Under the pieces are notes generated by a model. That model was not told the origin of the DNA. It searched no databases and saw nothing but the letters and a program-made list of their open reading frames with translations. Position numbers and translations under genes: made by a program. Shown piece by piece: positions 37,136 to 45,823 of a stretch of 64,000 bases of DNA. Positions within the stretch are counted from its first letter, which is position 1. Each line of letters begins with the position of its first letter. Source of the DNA: Acidobacteriota bacterium (GTDB lineage Bacteria > Acidobacteriota > Terriglobia > Versatilivoradales > Versatilivoraceae); assembly GCA_028875575.1 (NCBI GenBank), contig JAPPDF010000080.1:93940-157939 (forward strand), in the 5' to 3' direction.

Positions 37136-38851
37136 CTATCCGCCGCGATAGCTCACGTGAATCTCGACGCTCTGAACCGTCAGAGGCGGCCGGATGCGGG
37201 GATCGCGCTTCAGCAACCGCACCTGGACGTGGTGGATGCCCCGGCCGGCCTGATCCGGCGACAGGGGCCAGACCAGCCAACTGTCCTCGTCCACGTCGGA
37301 GGGATCGTTCGGGTCTTCGGCAGCCACGTTTCGTACCTCGGGCTTGGGAAGCAGGTTGCCATCCAGCCTCACCTCGACGCGGTCGTTCACCGAACGGTTC
37401 TTGAGCTCCAGCTGCAACTCGATCTTGTCCAGACTCCCGGCCCGGGCTTCCTTTCGGGTGTCGTCGTAGACCCCCACATGAAAGCCGGGACCCTCCTCGG
37501 TCAGGGTGGGATAGAGCTTGACGGGAGTCTCTCCGTAGATGCGGTCGTGCAGGTCGGCCCCGGCCCAGGCCCCCTCCTTGGGCTCGCTGAAGGGCCAGCC
37601 TCCGACGTGTCGATGGAGGGTGGCGTACACCTTGTCGGTCCGCTTCAGGGTCTCTGGGGCCCCGATGGTGGTGAGCAGGGGACGCCGGGTCTTCTCGTTG
37701 GCATGCCAGTTGAAGACGTACATGCCGTCGGCTCCCCGTTCCCAATAGGCGTTGGCCGCCGCCCGCACCATGGCGGTATTCCACTGCCGGCGGGGCAGCA
37801 GGCTCTTATGGGGGCCCCAGAAGCCGGAGTCGAACCCGGGGTAAAAGGGAATCCCCGAATCCTTGAGCAAGTCCTGGAAGGCCTCCACCTCCACGCCGTA
37901 ATCGGTGCCGGCTCCTCCCCCGGCGATGACCAGGTCGCAAAGCCCCTCCTTGATCCAGACGGGCAGGTCGTAGCCGATCCGCCCGCAGGACTCCAGGGTG
38001 GTGGCCACCCGGACCGCCACGTGAAAGGGCCTGCCCCGTTCCCGGCCAATCTGCTCGGTCATGCGGCGCAGCGCTCGCTGCAGGTCGGTGAGGGTGTAGC
38101 GCAGCCGGTAGGCGTCGTCCAGGGGCAGGTGGAAAGCGTGCCGCTGCCAGTCCAGCTCGACGCCGTCCCAGTCGGCCAGGCGGCAGACCTCGGTCACGTG
38201 GCGCAGACGGTGCTCCCGCACCTCGGGGATGGCGAAGTTCCAGGAGGCCGCGAACCACTTGGGTGCCTGGCGCGGACCCAGGCACCACTCCGGGTGGTCG
38301 CGCCGCAATTGGGTCAGTCCCCGCATCTGCGTATCCGCCATCTCGGAGACCTGCATGCCCCGGAAGTGGTTGTCGTTCATCCGGATGGAGGCATAGACCT
38401 GCATCCCCAGCTCGTGGCCCCGGTCGACCACCGCCTGGTAGGGGTTCTCGCCCCGTTCGAGCATGGCCCGCACCCCTTCGCTGTGGCGCATGGAGCGGAC
38501 GCTGTCGTACTTGCGGTCCACGGTGTCGCCGACCATCTCCATGAACTGGGACGCCCACTTGGCCTCATGGGTACCCAGGCACCAGAAGTGGGCCCCCACC
38601 TGGGTGTCCTTCATGGGGGCGTAGACCTTGTCCAGGAACTGTTCCTGAGACTGCGGGAAGTCCGAGTAGTCGTGGGGGGCGCCGTCCCAGTTGTAGATGA
38701 TGCGGTAAGCGGGGGGCTTGGGGCGTCCGGCGCCACCCGGACGGGCGGCCGGTTTTGTGCCAGAGGCCGCTGCAGGGGTGGCCAGCGCGTTTCCGAGAGC
38801 GGCCGCTCCCAGAGCCCCGGCTCCCAGAAAAGTCCGGCGGGTGTGCTCCAT
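37136..38851 (-). CDS. Tat-exported TIM-barrel-like putative glycoside hydrolase (family not recognised)
   Basis: Twin-arginine motif TRRTFLGAGALG. 571 aa. Repeated beta/alpha-like blocks (MQVYASIRMND, DGVELDWQRH). The functional call is weak. Confidence 0.4.
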   Translation of the reverse strand: MEHTRRTFLGAGALGAAALGNALATPAAASGTKPAARPGGAGRPKPPAYRIIYNWDGAPHDYSDFPQSQEQFLDKVYAPMKDTQVGAHFWCLGTHEAKWASQFMEMVGDTVDRKYDSVRSMRHSEGVRAMLERGENPYQAVVDRGHELGMQVYASIRMNDNHFRGMQVSEMADTQMRGLTQLRRDHPEWCLGPRQAPKWFAASWNFAIPEVREHRLRHVTEVCRLADWDGVELDWQRHAFHLPLDDAYRLRYTLTDLQRALRRMTEQIGRERGRPFHVAVRVATTLESCGRIGYDLPVWIKEGLCDLVIAGGGAGTDYGVEVEAFQDLLKDSGIPFYPGFDSGFWGPHKSLLPRRQWNTAMVRAAANAYWERGADGMYVFNWHANEKTRRPLLTTIGAPETLKRTDKVYATLHRHVGGWPFSEPKEGAWAGADLHDRIYGETPVKLYPTLTEEGPGFHVGVYDDTRKEARAGSLDKIELQLELKNRSVNDRVEVRLDGNLLPKPEVRNVAAEDPNDPSDVDEDSWLVWPLSPDQAGRGIHHVQVRLLKRDPRIRPPLTVQSVEIHVSYRGG

Positions 38852-38914
38852 TTCGAATCTCCCTTCCTGTCCGGCCTGAAACCCGGACCCGGTGAAATGT
38901 CCCTGCCGAGAAGA

Positions 38915-40180
38915 TCAGGCCCTGCAGAAATGAGAGCCTTCAGGCGGCTGGTAACTGATCTGCAGCTCGGGAGTCTCCAGCTTGCGGTTGCCCTGGACCT
39001 TGGATTCCAGGCAGTGGTCCAGGATCCCGCTGACGATCAGGGTCCGCTCCGCCGGGAAAGGAGCCCGGCCCGTCTCGATCATCTCCTCGATCTTTTCCGC
39101 CAGGCAGGCGGAATAGGTGACGTTGGGCACGGGCGGCAGTTGGAACAGCAACGACTGCGGTTCCTCCATCCCCTGAAGCTTGGCGGCAAAGGTCCGGTCC
39201 TGCACGCCGCCGTTCAGCATGAGCAGGGTGGACTGCAGGCCGTCGGCATGCTCGATGAAGTAGGCTGCCGGTTCCTTGACGATCTTGGGCAACTGTCCGT
39301 TGTTGGCCAGGTCCTGGGGCCGGGCATCGATCAGCGTGTCTCCCAACAGCTTGTTGGAACGCGACAGCGCCGCCTCCAGCAGCCTCTTGGACCAGCGGCC
39401 CTCCTCACCGGCCTTCCAGACGGCATCGCCCTGGATCAGTTGCACCGACTTGACCCCCGATTCTCCTCCCCGGCGCCGCTCCACCATGCACTGCATGGCC
39501 TCCAGAGCGTGGTAGTCGCTGGCGTCGGAGGAGCCGACGCCCACCATCAGGGCTTCCTCGATGACGCAGTCCAGGGGGAACTCGACGGCCGGGATTCTCC
39601 AGGTCACCGGGAGGGACGATCCCGCCAGCAGGGGGAACCCCAGCCGCTTGGCATCGGCCACCATCTTCTTGGCCTTGGCCGTGTCGTAGGAGAGGTGCTT
39701 GTCGTTGAACACCGGAACGGCGCGCCCGTCCTGCTCGAAGACCTCCACCACCTGCTGGAACATCTCATAGCGCGGATAGAGCACCTGTCCCTTGGCGTTG
39801 CGGGGATAGTCTCCGTGCTCGATGATCAGCAAAACGGCATCCACCGCCAGCTTGTCGCCGCCGCACCTCAAGGCCTCCTGGATTGTGGGGTAGACCTGAA
39901 AGCCGAACTCGTCGGCCCGGGCCTGGCTTTGATCTCCCTCGGGCTTCTGGTGGACGTAGAGGGAGACCACGTCCATTTCCGGGCGATGCCACCGGCCCTT
40001 GCGGGGGTAACCCACCAGAAAGCGGTCCCCGAAATGCTGCGCATGGGAGAGGTATCTCCAAATGGAGGCGACGATGGCCAGTTTCTTTCGTTTTTTGGCG
40101 GGTGGTCCAACGGAGCAGCCCAGATGGGCCGCCAATCCGGAGGCCGCGGTGATTTCCAGGAAGGTCCGTCTGCTGAGCAT
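38915..40180 (-). CDS. Tat-exported conserved hypothetical protein, degenerate Gfo/Idh/MocA-like layout, paralog B
   Basis: ATG at 40180 shares one nt with the upstream TGA (TGATG). Tat motif SRRTFLEITAASG. 421 aa. Paralog of 40180..41472. Confidence 0.65.
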   Translation of the reverse strand: MLSRRTFLEITAASGLAAHLGCSVGPPAKKRKKLAIVASIWRYLSHAQHFGDRFLVGYPRKGRWHRPEMDVVSLYVHQKPEGDQSQARADEFGFQVYPTIQEALRCGGDKLAVDAVLLIIEHGDYPRNAKGQVLYPRYEMFQQVVEVFEQDGRAVPVFNDKHLSYDTAKAKKMVADAKRLGFPLLAGSSLPVTWRIPAVEFPLDCVIEEALMVGVGSSDASDYHALEAMQCMVERRRGGESGVKSVQLIQGDAVWKAGEEGRWSKRLLEAALSRSNKLLGDTLIDARPQDLANNGQLPKIVKEPAAYFIEHADGLQSTLLMLNGGVQDRTFAAKLQGMEEPQSLLFQLPPVPNVTYSACLAEKIEEMIETGRAPFPAERTLIVSGILDHCLESKVQGNRKLETPELQISYQPPEGSHFCRA

Positions 40181-41472
40181 CAACTCCTCCAGAAAGTGGA
40201 CTCTTGAGTCGGTTGGTAGCGGATGTTCAGATGGGGTGTCTCCAGGCGCTTCTGCCCCTGCCAGACGGATTCGACGCCGGCCGCAGTCAGACCGGTGGTC
40301 AGCAGGGTGCGCTCCACCGGGTAGCCGGCCTTCCCGGTAAGGAACATCTGCTCCACGTGATGACACTGCGGATTGAAGAAGTTGCAGACCTCCCGGGGCG
40401 GCAGAAACATCTGGGTGGAGATCACCTCGCCCCCCTTGAGGCGGGCGGCGAAGGTGAAGTCCATCACCAGTCCCTCCATCAGCAGGATGGTCCCCTTGAG
40501 GCCATCCAGATATTCGAAGCGATAGGCAACCGGCGCGCGCTCAGGGATCAGCCCCGGGACCTCCTCCAGGCTGGGCAGGACGTGGTTGAACCCCTCGCGG
40601 CTGGGAGTCAGGCTGTGGCTGCGGCAGAGGCAGGCCTGGAACAGCTCCGGATCCCACCCGCCCGCCTGCCAGGATCCGGCATTCATGGCCTGGTAGACGG
40701 GATCTCCCTTGAGGCCGTGGATGGATGCCGCCCCGGTTTCGCCCCCGCGCCGGCGCTCGACCATGCACTGCAGCCCTTCCAGGGCGTGGATGTCGTATCC
40801 GTCCATCCCTCCCACGGCCAGGCAGAGCGCCTCCTCGATCTCCACTCCCAGGGGCATGTCGATGGAAGGCAGCCGGGGCGTCACCGGCACCGAGGAGCCC
40901 GCCAGGAAGGCAAAATCCAACTCCCTGGAGATGTCCACCATCTCCTTGGCCCATTCCCACTTCCAGGAAAGGTGCTTGTCGTTGAACACGGGGACGCTCC
41001 TCCCGCTGTCACGGAAGACCTGGACGATTTCCTTGAACCACTCGTAGCGGGGATAGAGCGTCTGGCCCTTCTCGTTCTTGGGATAGTTGCCGTGCTCGCC
41101 GATCAGCAGCACACCGTCCACGGCCAACCGGCTCCCCCCCTGAGTCAAGGCCTCGGCAATGGTCGGATACATCTTCATCTTCGGGAATCGCCGCAGGCGG
41201 TCGTGGATGAGGGTGTTTTTCGGAGTTTGATCGACATACACCGAGACCACGTCCATGGGAGGGCGATGGTGGCGGTTGCCCCAACCGTAACCCCACAGGA
41301 ATCGATCCACGATGTGCTGGGCGTGAGAGTAGCGGCGGTATTCGCTGACCACCGCGGCGATGCGGGGCCTCTTTCGGGAGGGAACAGCGGCGGCCATTCC
41401 TCCGGCGGCCGCCAGCGGTGCGGCCGAAAGGAAGTTCCTTCGAGACAATCCAGGTAAGGGCGCCCGGGACAT
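40180..41472 (-). CDS. Tat-exported conserved hypothetical protein, degenerate Gfo/Idh/MocA-like layout, paralog A
   Basis: ATG at 41472 inside ORF 40180..42435. Tat motif SRRNFLSAAPLAAAG. 430 aa. Blocks shared with paralog B: YPRYExF, VPVFNDKHLS, LAGSSxPVT, QCMVERRRGGExG, LETPxLxIxYQP. Confidence 0.65.
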   Translation of the reverse strand: MSRAPLPGLSRRNFLSAAPLAAAGGMAAAVPSRKRPRIAAVVSEYRRYSHAQHIVDRFLWGYGWGNRHHRPPMDVVSVYVDQTPKNTLIHDRLRRFPKMKMYPTIAEALTQGGSRLAVDGVLLIGEHGNYPKNEKGQTLYPRYEWFKEIVQVFRDSGRSVPVFNDKHLSWKWEWAKEMVDISRELDFAFLAGSSVPVTPRLPSIDMPLGVEIEEALCLAVGGMDGYDIHALEGLQCMVERRRGGETGAASIHGLKGDPVYQAMNAGSWQAGGWDPELFQACLCRSHSLTPSREGFNHVLPSLEEVPGLIPERAPVAYRFEYLDGLKGTILLMEGLVMDFTFAARLKGGEVISTQMFLPPREVCNFFNPQCHHVEQMFLTGKAGYPVERTLLTTGLTAAGVESVWQGQKRLETPHLNIRYQPTQESTFWRS

Positions 41473-41623
41473 GGCTGAACTCCTGCAAGCGCAAGACAAA
41501 GACTGAAAAGGACCTTTCGCAGGGCTACAAAGCATAATCAAGCGGTTCGAACAAAGCAACTGGTTTCCGGGAGGGCCCGAAGGCCCACCCGGGAGGCCCC
41601 CTTTGGGGTGAGATATCCCTACT

Positions 41624-41652
41624 TTGACTGAGCCGAGGGGCTTTCCTACAAT
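41624..41652 (+). promoter_or_regulatory. Candidate sigma70-type promoter of the GT9 gene
   Basis: TTGACT (41624-41629), exactly 17 nt, TACAAT (41647-41652), about 64 nt upstream of the ATG at 41716. Confidence 0.5.
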
Positions 41653-41715
41653 CTTCGCCGGCAGTCTCGAAACCCGACGGGCAGGGAGCCCATCGGGAAC
41701 CGGATTCCCACTTCC

Positions 41716-42744
41716 ATGGTCACTCTCTCCGACGTATCCAGGATTCTGGTCATTCGCTACGGACGACTGGGAGACCTGGTCCTCCTGATCCCCGCCTTGC
41801 GGGCACTGCGTCAGCGGTTCCCCTCGGCCCACATTTCCGCCCTGGTGGACCAACGTTACGCCGCCGTTCCGGAGATGTGCTCCGCCGTCGACAGGGTGAT
41901 TGCGTCGGACCGCATCGGCATGCGCGACAGCCCCTGGTGGTCGGGAGCGCTCAGCGCACTCCGCTCGGCCCATGAGCTTCGCAAAGCCGGCTACGACCTG
42001 GTGATCGATTTCCACGGTTTTCGGGAAACCAACCTGCTGGCCTGGTACAGCCGGGCCCCCTGGCGGATCGGCCTCGAGAGGAACGAGCCCTCCTACCTGC
42101 CCTTCTGCTTCAACCTGGACCCGGTGCCGGAAGACCAGAACCTGCACGTGGCCGATCGGTTCGATTCCCTGGTGGAAGCCTTGGGGGTGAGCCCCGGCGC
42201 CCGGGACATTCAGCTCGAGGTCCCTTCCGAAAACCGAACCAGGGCGGAACGATTCTTGCGAGAAAAGGGGATGAATGGATTCCCCTGCCTGATCGGAATG
42301 AACCTGGGCGCCAGCGCGACCGACAAGATGTGGCCCGCTACGCGCTTTGCCGCCCTGGCCGACAAGCTGGCCGACCGGTTCGACCTGGGTGTCATCCTGC
42401 TCTGCGGACCCGGGGAGGAGGCCCTTCTCAGGCAAGCCGAGTCGTCACTGAGAACCGACCGCTACGCCCTGGCCGGTCAACTTGGACTCAAGGACCTGGC
42501 CGCGGTGATCGGCCGCTGCCACCTGCTGGTAAGCAACGACTCCGGCCCCATGCACTTCGGCCCCGCCCTGGGCGTTCCCACCCTGGGCCTGTTCAGCCTG
42601 AGCGACCCCCTGCACTACCGGCCGCTAGGCGACCGCAGCCGCGTGATCAGAAAGGTCCCGGTAGGAGACATCGAGGTGCAGGAAGTCGTCGAGCAGGTCG
42701 TGGAGATGCTGGCGCCGGGCTTTCGCTTGCAAAGGAAAGAGTAG
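41716..42744 (+). CDS. Glycosyltransferase family 9 (LPS heptosyltransferase-like)
   Basis: ILVIRYGRLGDLVLLIPALRALRQRFP N-terminus and the C-terminal NDSGPMHFGPALGVPTLGLF motif are typical of GT9 heptosyltransferases. Confidence 0.8.
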   Translation: MVTLSDVSRILVIRYGRLGDLVLLIPALRALRQRFPSAHISALVDQRYAAVPEMCSAVDRVIASDRIGMRDSPWWSGALSALRSAHELRKAGYDLVIDFHGFRETNLLAWYSRAPWRIGLERNEPSYLPFCFNLDPVPEDQNLHVADRFDSLVEALGVSPGARDIQLEVPSENRTRAERFLREKGMNGFPCLIGMNLGASATDKMWPATRFAALADKLADRFDLGVILLCGPGEEALLRQAESSLRTDRYALAGQLGLKDLAAVIGRCHLLVSNDSGPMHFGPALGVPTLGLFSLSDPLHYRPLGDRSRVIRKVPVGDIEVQEVVEQVVEMLAPGFRLQRKE

Positions 42745-42820
42745 CCCTGGGCTTCCTTACCCTTTTCCCCTTGGCAGGAGCCAAACCTCAGGCAATCAAA
42801 TACAGGGGGAGATTGTTGAG

Positions 42821-43171
42821 TTAGGTGAGAAACTTGTAAAGCAAGCCAAGCATGGGAATGAACAGCAGGCTGATGAGCGTCCAGATGAACTTGTTCAGGG
42901 CGTTCATTTCCGTGCGGAGCGAAGTGAATTGAGTCTGCATCTCCGCCCGAAGCTCGGTGATCTGAGTTTGCAAGTCGGACCGGAGTTCCTTGATCTGAGT
43001 TTGCGTGTCGGACCGGAGCTCGGTGATTTGAGCGCCGATGGCGGTGATGACGTTCTGCCCACTCAAGTTGCGCATCTCCTCGATGGCGGGATGAATCAGC
43101 TTGGGGTCGGCGCTGCTGTCGATCAGGACCCGATGGATTGCGTTGGTTTCAGGTTTGGATGAGGCTGGCAT
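42821..43171 (-). CDS. Tail-anchored coiled-coil protein with 11-aa repeats, function unknown
   Basis: ATG at 43171 preceded by AAGGGGAG. Three 33-nt DNA repeats (42941-43040) encode QI(T/K)ELRSDxQTQ-type units. Single C-terminal TM (FIWTLISLLFIPMLGLLY). Confidence 0.55.
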   Translation of the reverse strand: MPASSKPETNAIHRVLIDSSADPKLIHPAIEEMRNLSGQNVITAIGAQITELRSDTQTQIKELRSDLQTQITELRAEMQTQFTSLRTEMNALNKFIWTLISLLFIPMLGLLYKFLT

Positions 43172-43400
43172 CGACTTTCTCCCCTTACGGATGGGGTGAT
43201 TTCGCTCACCCAACCCGTGGATACGATTCAATCCAACGAGGGAGAAAGGTGTGGCCACGCCGGGGACGGCCAGGGCCGACCGGCACCGGCAAAACCATAC
43301 CTTGAACAGTATACCCTGACAGCCTCGCTCCTGCCGCCACCAATCCTCGCGCTGTTTCCCTGCCTCCGCATCCTGGCCAACGCGAACAACCGGGCAACCA

Positions 43401-45050
43401 CTAATGCCTCGGGTCAGGCGGCAGAGCCTGCATGTAGGCGACGATGGCCTTCATGTCTTCGGGGGGGAAATCGTAGGGAGGCATGACGCTTTGGGGGTCG
43501 AACTTCTGGGGGTCGCGGAAGTGGTCTTCGAGCCATTCTGCCGTGCGGCGCTGGCCGACGCCGTTGAGAGGGGGGCCGCTCTCCTCTCCGCTTCCATTGA
43601 CCACATGGCAGGCGCCGCATTGGCTTTCCTGGTAAATCACAGCCGCTCGCATGGCATAGGCAGGCACTGCCTCCAGAGCGGCGGCGTTTGTCGGTGTCAG
43701 CTTTAACACGAAGGCGGCCAGGCCGTTCGATTCCTCGTCGGAAATGGTCGTGGCCGGCATGGGACTGCCCGGCACCGCTTCGGATGGATTTCCGAAATGT
43801 CCCATGAGCCATTCGGTGGGCTTTCGCAGGGAAACCGTGGCCAGCGTGGGTCCCATCTTGGGCTCCCCCTCGGACAGGTTGTGACAACCGGCGCATTTCT
43901 CCCGCTGGAAATAGGCTCGGCCGGCCAGCTCGACCGGCGTCAGGAGACGCCAGTCCGCGGAAGCTGGACTCGTCTCCCGAGCGGACTCCACCGGCTCGGG
44001 GGTGGTCAAGTCCGCCGCCACCGTCAGGGCCAGCCAACCGGCCAATACCACGCCCACCACGGCGAAGGCCAGCGTCCGCTGCTGGATGCGCTTGACCTTG
44101 GCGCGATCCAGAAAAGGGACGACCAGCAAGGCAAGCACGGCCAGGGTGGGCAGGATCACCGCCCCTACCACTTCCCAGCGACCTTCGAAGAACTTGAGCA
44201 TCTGAAAGAGAAAGAGGAAGTACCACTCCGGCCGGGGGACGTAGGTGCTGTCACTGGGGTCCGCCAGACGCTCCAGGGGCACGTCCACGGTGGCCGCCAG
44301 AACAAACAGGAGGATGAAGACCGCGAAAAAGGCCATCAGGTCCTTGAAGGCCTGCCCGGGATAGAACTTCTTCTTGGGCTGACCGATCGCCCGGGGAGAG
44401 GGAGTGACCCCGTGCTTTCGCACCAGGTGGATGTGGAGCATCATCAGGAGCACGGTCAAGGCCGGCAGCATCAGCACGTGCAGGGTGTAAAAACGGGTGA
44501 AGGTGGAAACGCCAACGCCCTCGGTGCCGCCCAGAAACTCCAGCATGTACTCCCCGACCAGCGGCGCCAGGCCGGCAATCTCGATGGTCACCACCGTGGC
44601 CCAGTAGGCCCGGTTGTCCCAGGGAAGCAGGTAGCCGGTCAACCCGAAGGCCAGAACCAGCAGCAGCAGCAGCACCCCCAGAATCCAGGTCGCCTCCCTC
44701 GGTTTCTTGTAAGCTCCCCACAAGGCCACCTGGACCATGTGCAGCCCAACCACCACCACCATGAGGCTGGACCCCCAGTGGTGAAGCCCCCGGATCAGGC
44801 GTCCGCCGGTGATCTCATTCACAATGTATTGGAGACTGTGGTAGGCATCTCCGGGCTGGGGGGCGTAGTTGAAGGCCAGCAGAACGCCGGTAAAAGCCTG
44901 GACAAAGAAGAGGAAGAGCGCAACGCTGCCGAAGACCTGGTGCCAGCCGCTGGAAGCGGGGATGTCTTCGTAGAGGAAGTTCTTGACGGCCGTCTCGAAC
45001 CCGGTGCGATGATCCACCCAATCCAGGATTCTTCGAATCAGGTCCCTCAT
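43401..45050 (-). CDS. Cytochrome b (bc-complex type) fused to a C-terminal di-heme cytochrome c domain
   Basis: ATG at 45050 (ATGA overlap with the Rieske gene stop). Cytochrome b motifs GRLIRGLHHWGSSLM, PWDNRAYWA, FYTLHVLMLP. Two CXXCH sites (CAGCH, CGACH). Confidence 0.85.
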   Translation of the reverse strand: MRDLIRRILDWVDHRTGFETAVKNFLYEDIPASSGWHQVFGSVALFLFFVQAFTGVLLAFNYAPQPGDAYHSLQYIVNEITGGRLIRGLHHWGSSLMVVVVGLHMVQVALWGAYKKPREATWILGVLLLLLVLAFGLTGYLLPWDNRAYWATVVTIEIAGLAPLVGEYMLEFLGGTEGVGVSTFTRFYTLHVLMLPALTVLLMMLHIHLVRKHGVTPSPRAIGQPKKKFYPGQAFKDLMAFFAVFILLFVLAATVDVPLERLADPSDSTYVPRPEWYFLFLFQMLKFFEGRWEVVGAVILPTLAVLALLVVPFLDRAKVKRIQQRTLAFAVVGVVLAGWLALTVAADLTTPEPVESARETSPASADWRLLTPVELAGRAYFQREKCAGCHNLSEGEPKMGPTLATVSLRKPTEWLMGHFGNPSEAVPGSPMPATTISDEESNGLAAFVLKLTPTNAAALEAVPAYAMRAAVIYQESQCGACHVVNGSGEESGPPLNGVGQRRTAEWLEDHFRDPQKFDPQSVMPPYDFPPEDMKAIVAYMQALPPDPRH

Positions 45051-45553
45051 TGGCCGCCGTTCTCCGGGATGGGACGAACCCGACCGAGCCAGAGGCGGTT
45101 CCCTTCCGTTCGAGTTTCGAAGCGGTCCAAGGGCCGAGGAGCGGGGCCTTCCAGCACCTCTCCCGTCATGGAAAAGCCGGAGGTGTGACAGGGGCAGACA
45201 AACCGATCGCCGTCGGTTTCCCAGTGGTAGCCGCAACCCAGGTGGGTGCATCGGGGAGAAAAGGCGATCAGTTCCTGCTCGGTCCTGACCACCCAGGCGG
45301 TGGCCCTCTCGTTGGAGGTCTTCCAACCGTCAACCCGTTTGCGCTGAAAAGCGAGTTCCCGGGGTTCATTCAGGGGGAGAGCCGATACGTCGCCGGCGTC
45401 CGTCCAGCCCTTGTGGGCGTCTCCCTTTCTTCGAGACGGAAACAGGTAGCCGACGGCAGGCACTGTCAGCGAGGCCGCGATCAGGCTGCTCACGCCGTAG
45501 ATCATCCGCTGGTAGAAGGTTCTGCGCGAGCTGGACTGTGGGTCCTTTCCCAT
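45047..45553 (-). CDS. Rieske (2Fe-2S) protein of the bc-type complex
   Basis: CTHLGC ... CPCH cluster-binding boxes. N-terminal Tat-like/TM segment SRRTFYQRMIYGVSSLIAASL. ATG at 45553. Confidence 0.85.
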   Translation of the reverse strand: MGKDPQSSSRRTFYQRMIYGVSSLIAASLTVPAVGYLFPSRRKGDAHKGWTDAGDVSALPLNEPRELAFQRKRVDGWKTSNERATAWVVRTEQELIAFSPRCTHLGCGYHWETDGDRFVCPCHTSGFSMTGEVLEGPAPRPLDRFETRTEGNRLWLGRVRPIPENGGQ

Positions 45554-45823
45554 ACCTTGAGTTCCCCGGGAGCGTCGAGACAGAGGCAGGAAGCCAAACC
45601 GGCGCCTATTATGACAGACCTGGAGGATCGATCTGAAGGACAAAACGCCCAGGGGGGACCCATCCGGTTCCAATGAGTCGCAGCACCGGCTGCATCCCCT
45701 GCACTCTTCTCAAGGGCGGAACCCCCGGTGACCACAACTCTTTTCGCTTTTTCCGCACAGATCCTTCCACCCCGAAAAGAGTTTTTGGATTTCAGACCCG
45801 TTCAGTTGTACCCTATTAGCGAT

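Noticed and set aside
37157-40207. 1016-aa + strand ORF, the longest in the track
   Set aside because: It lies antisense to two well-supported minus-strand genes that have Tat signals, SDs and paralog conservation. The translated sequence is Gly/Arg/Pro/Val-rich with no recognisable motifs.
41473-42435. N-terminal 321-codon extension of ORF 40180..42435
   Set aside because: The extension overlaps the GT9 gene on the opposite strand and has junk-like composition. A clean Tat signal begins at the internal ATG (41472).
43401-45553. Rieske plus cytochrome b fused to di-heme cytochrome c, considered as a novel respiratory module
   Set aside because: Fusions of cytochrome b with c-type heme domains next to a Rieske gene are a known arrangement in several non-proteobacterial phyla. 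Nothing in the sequence departs from that.
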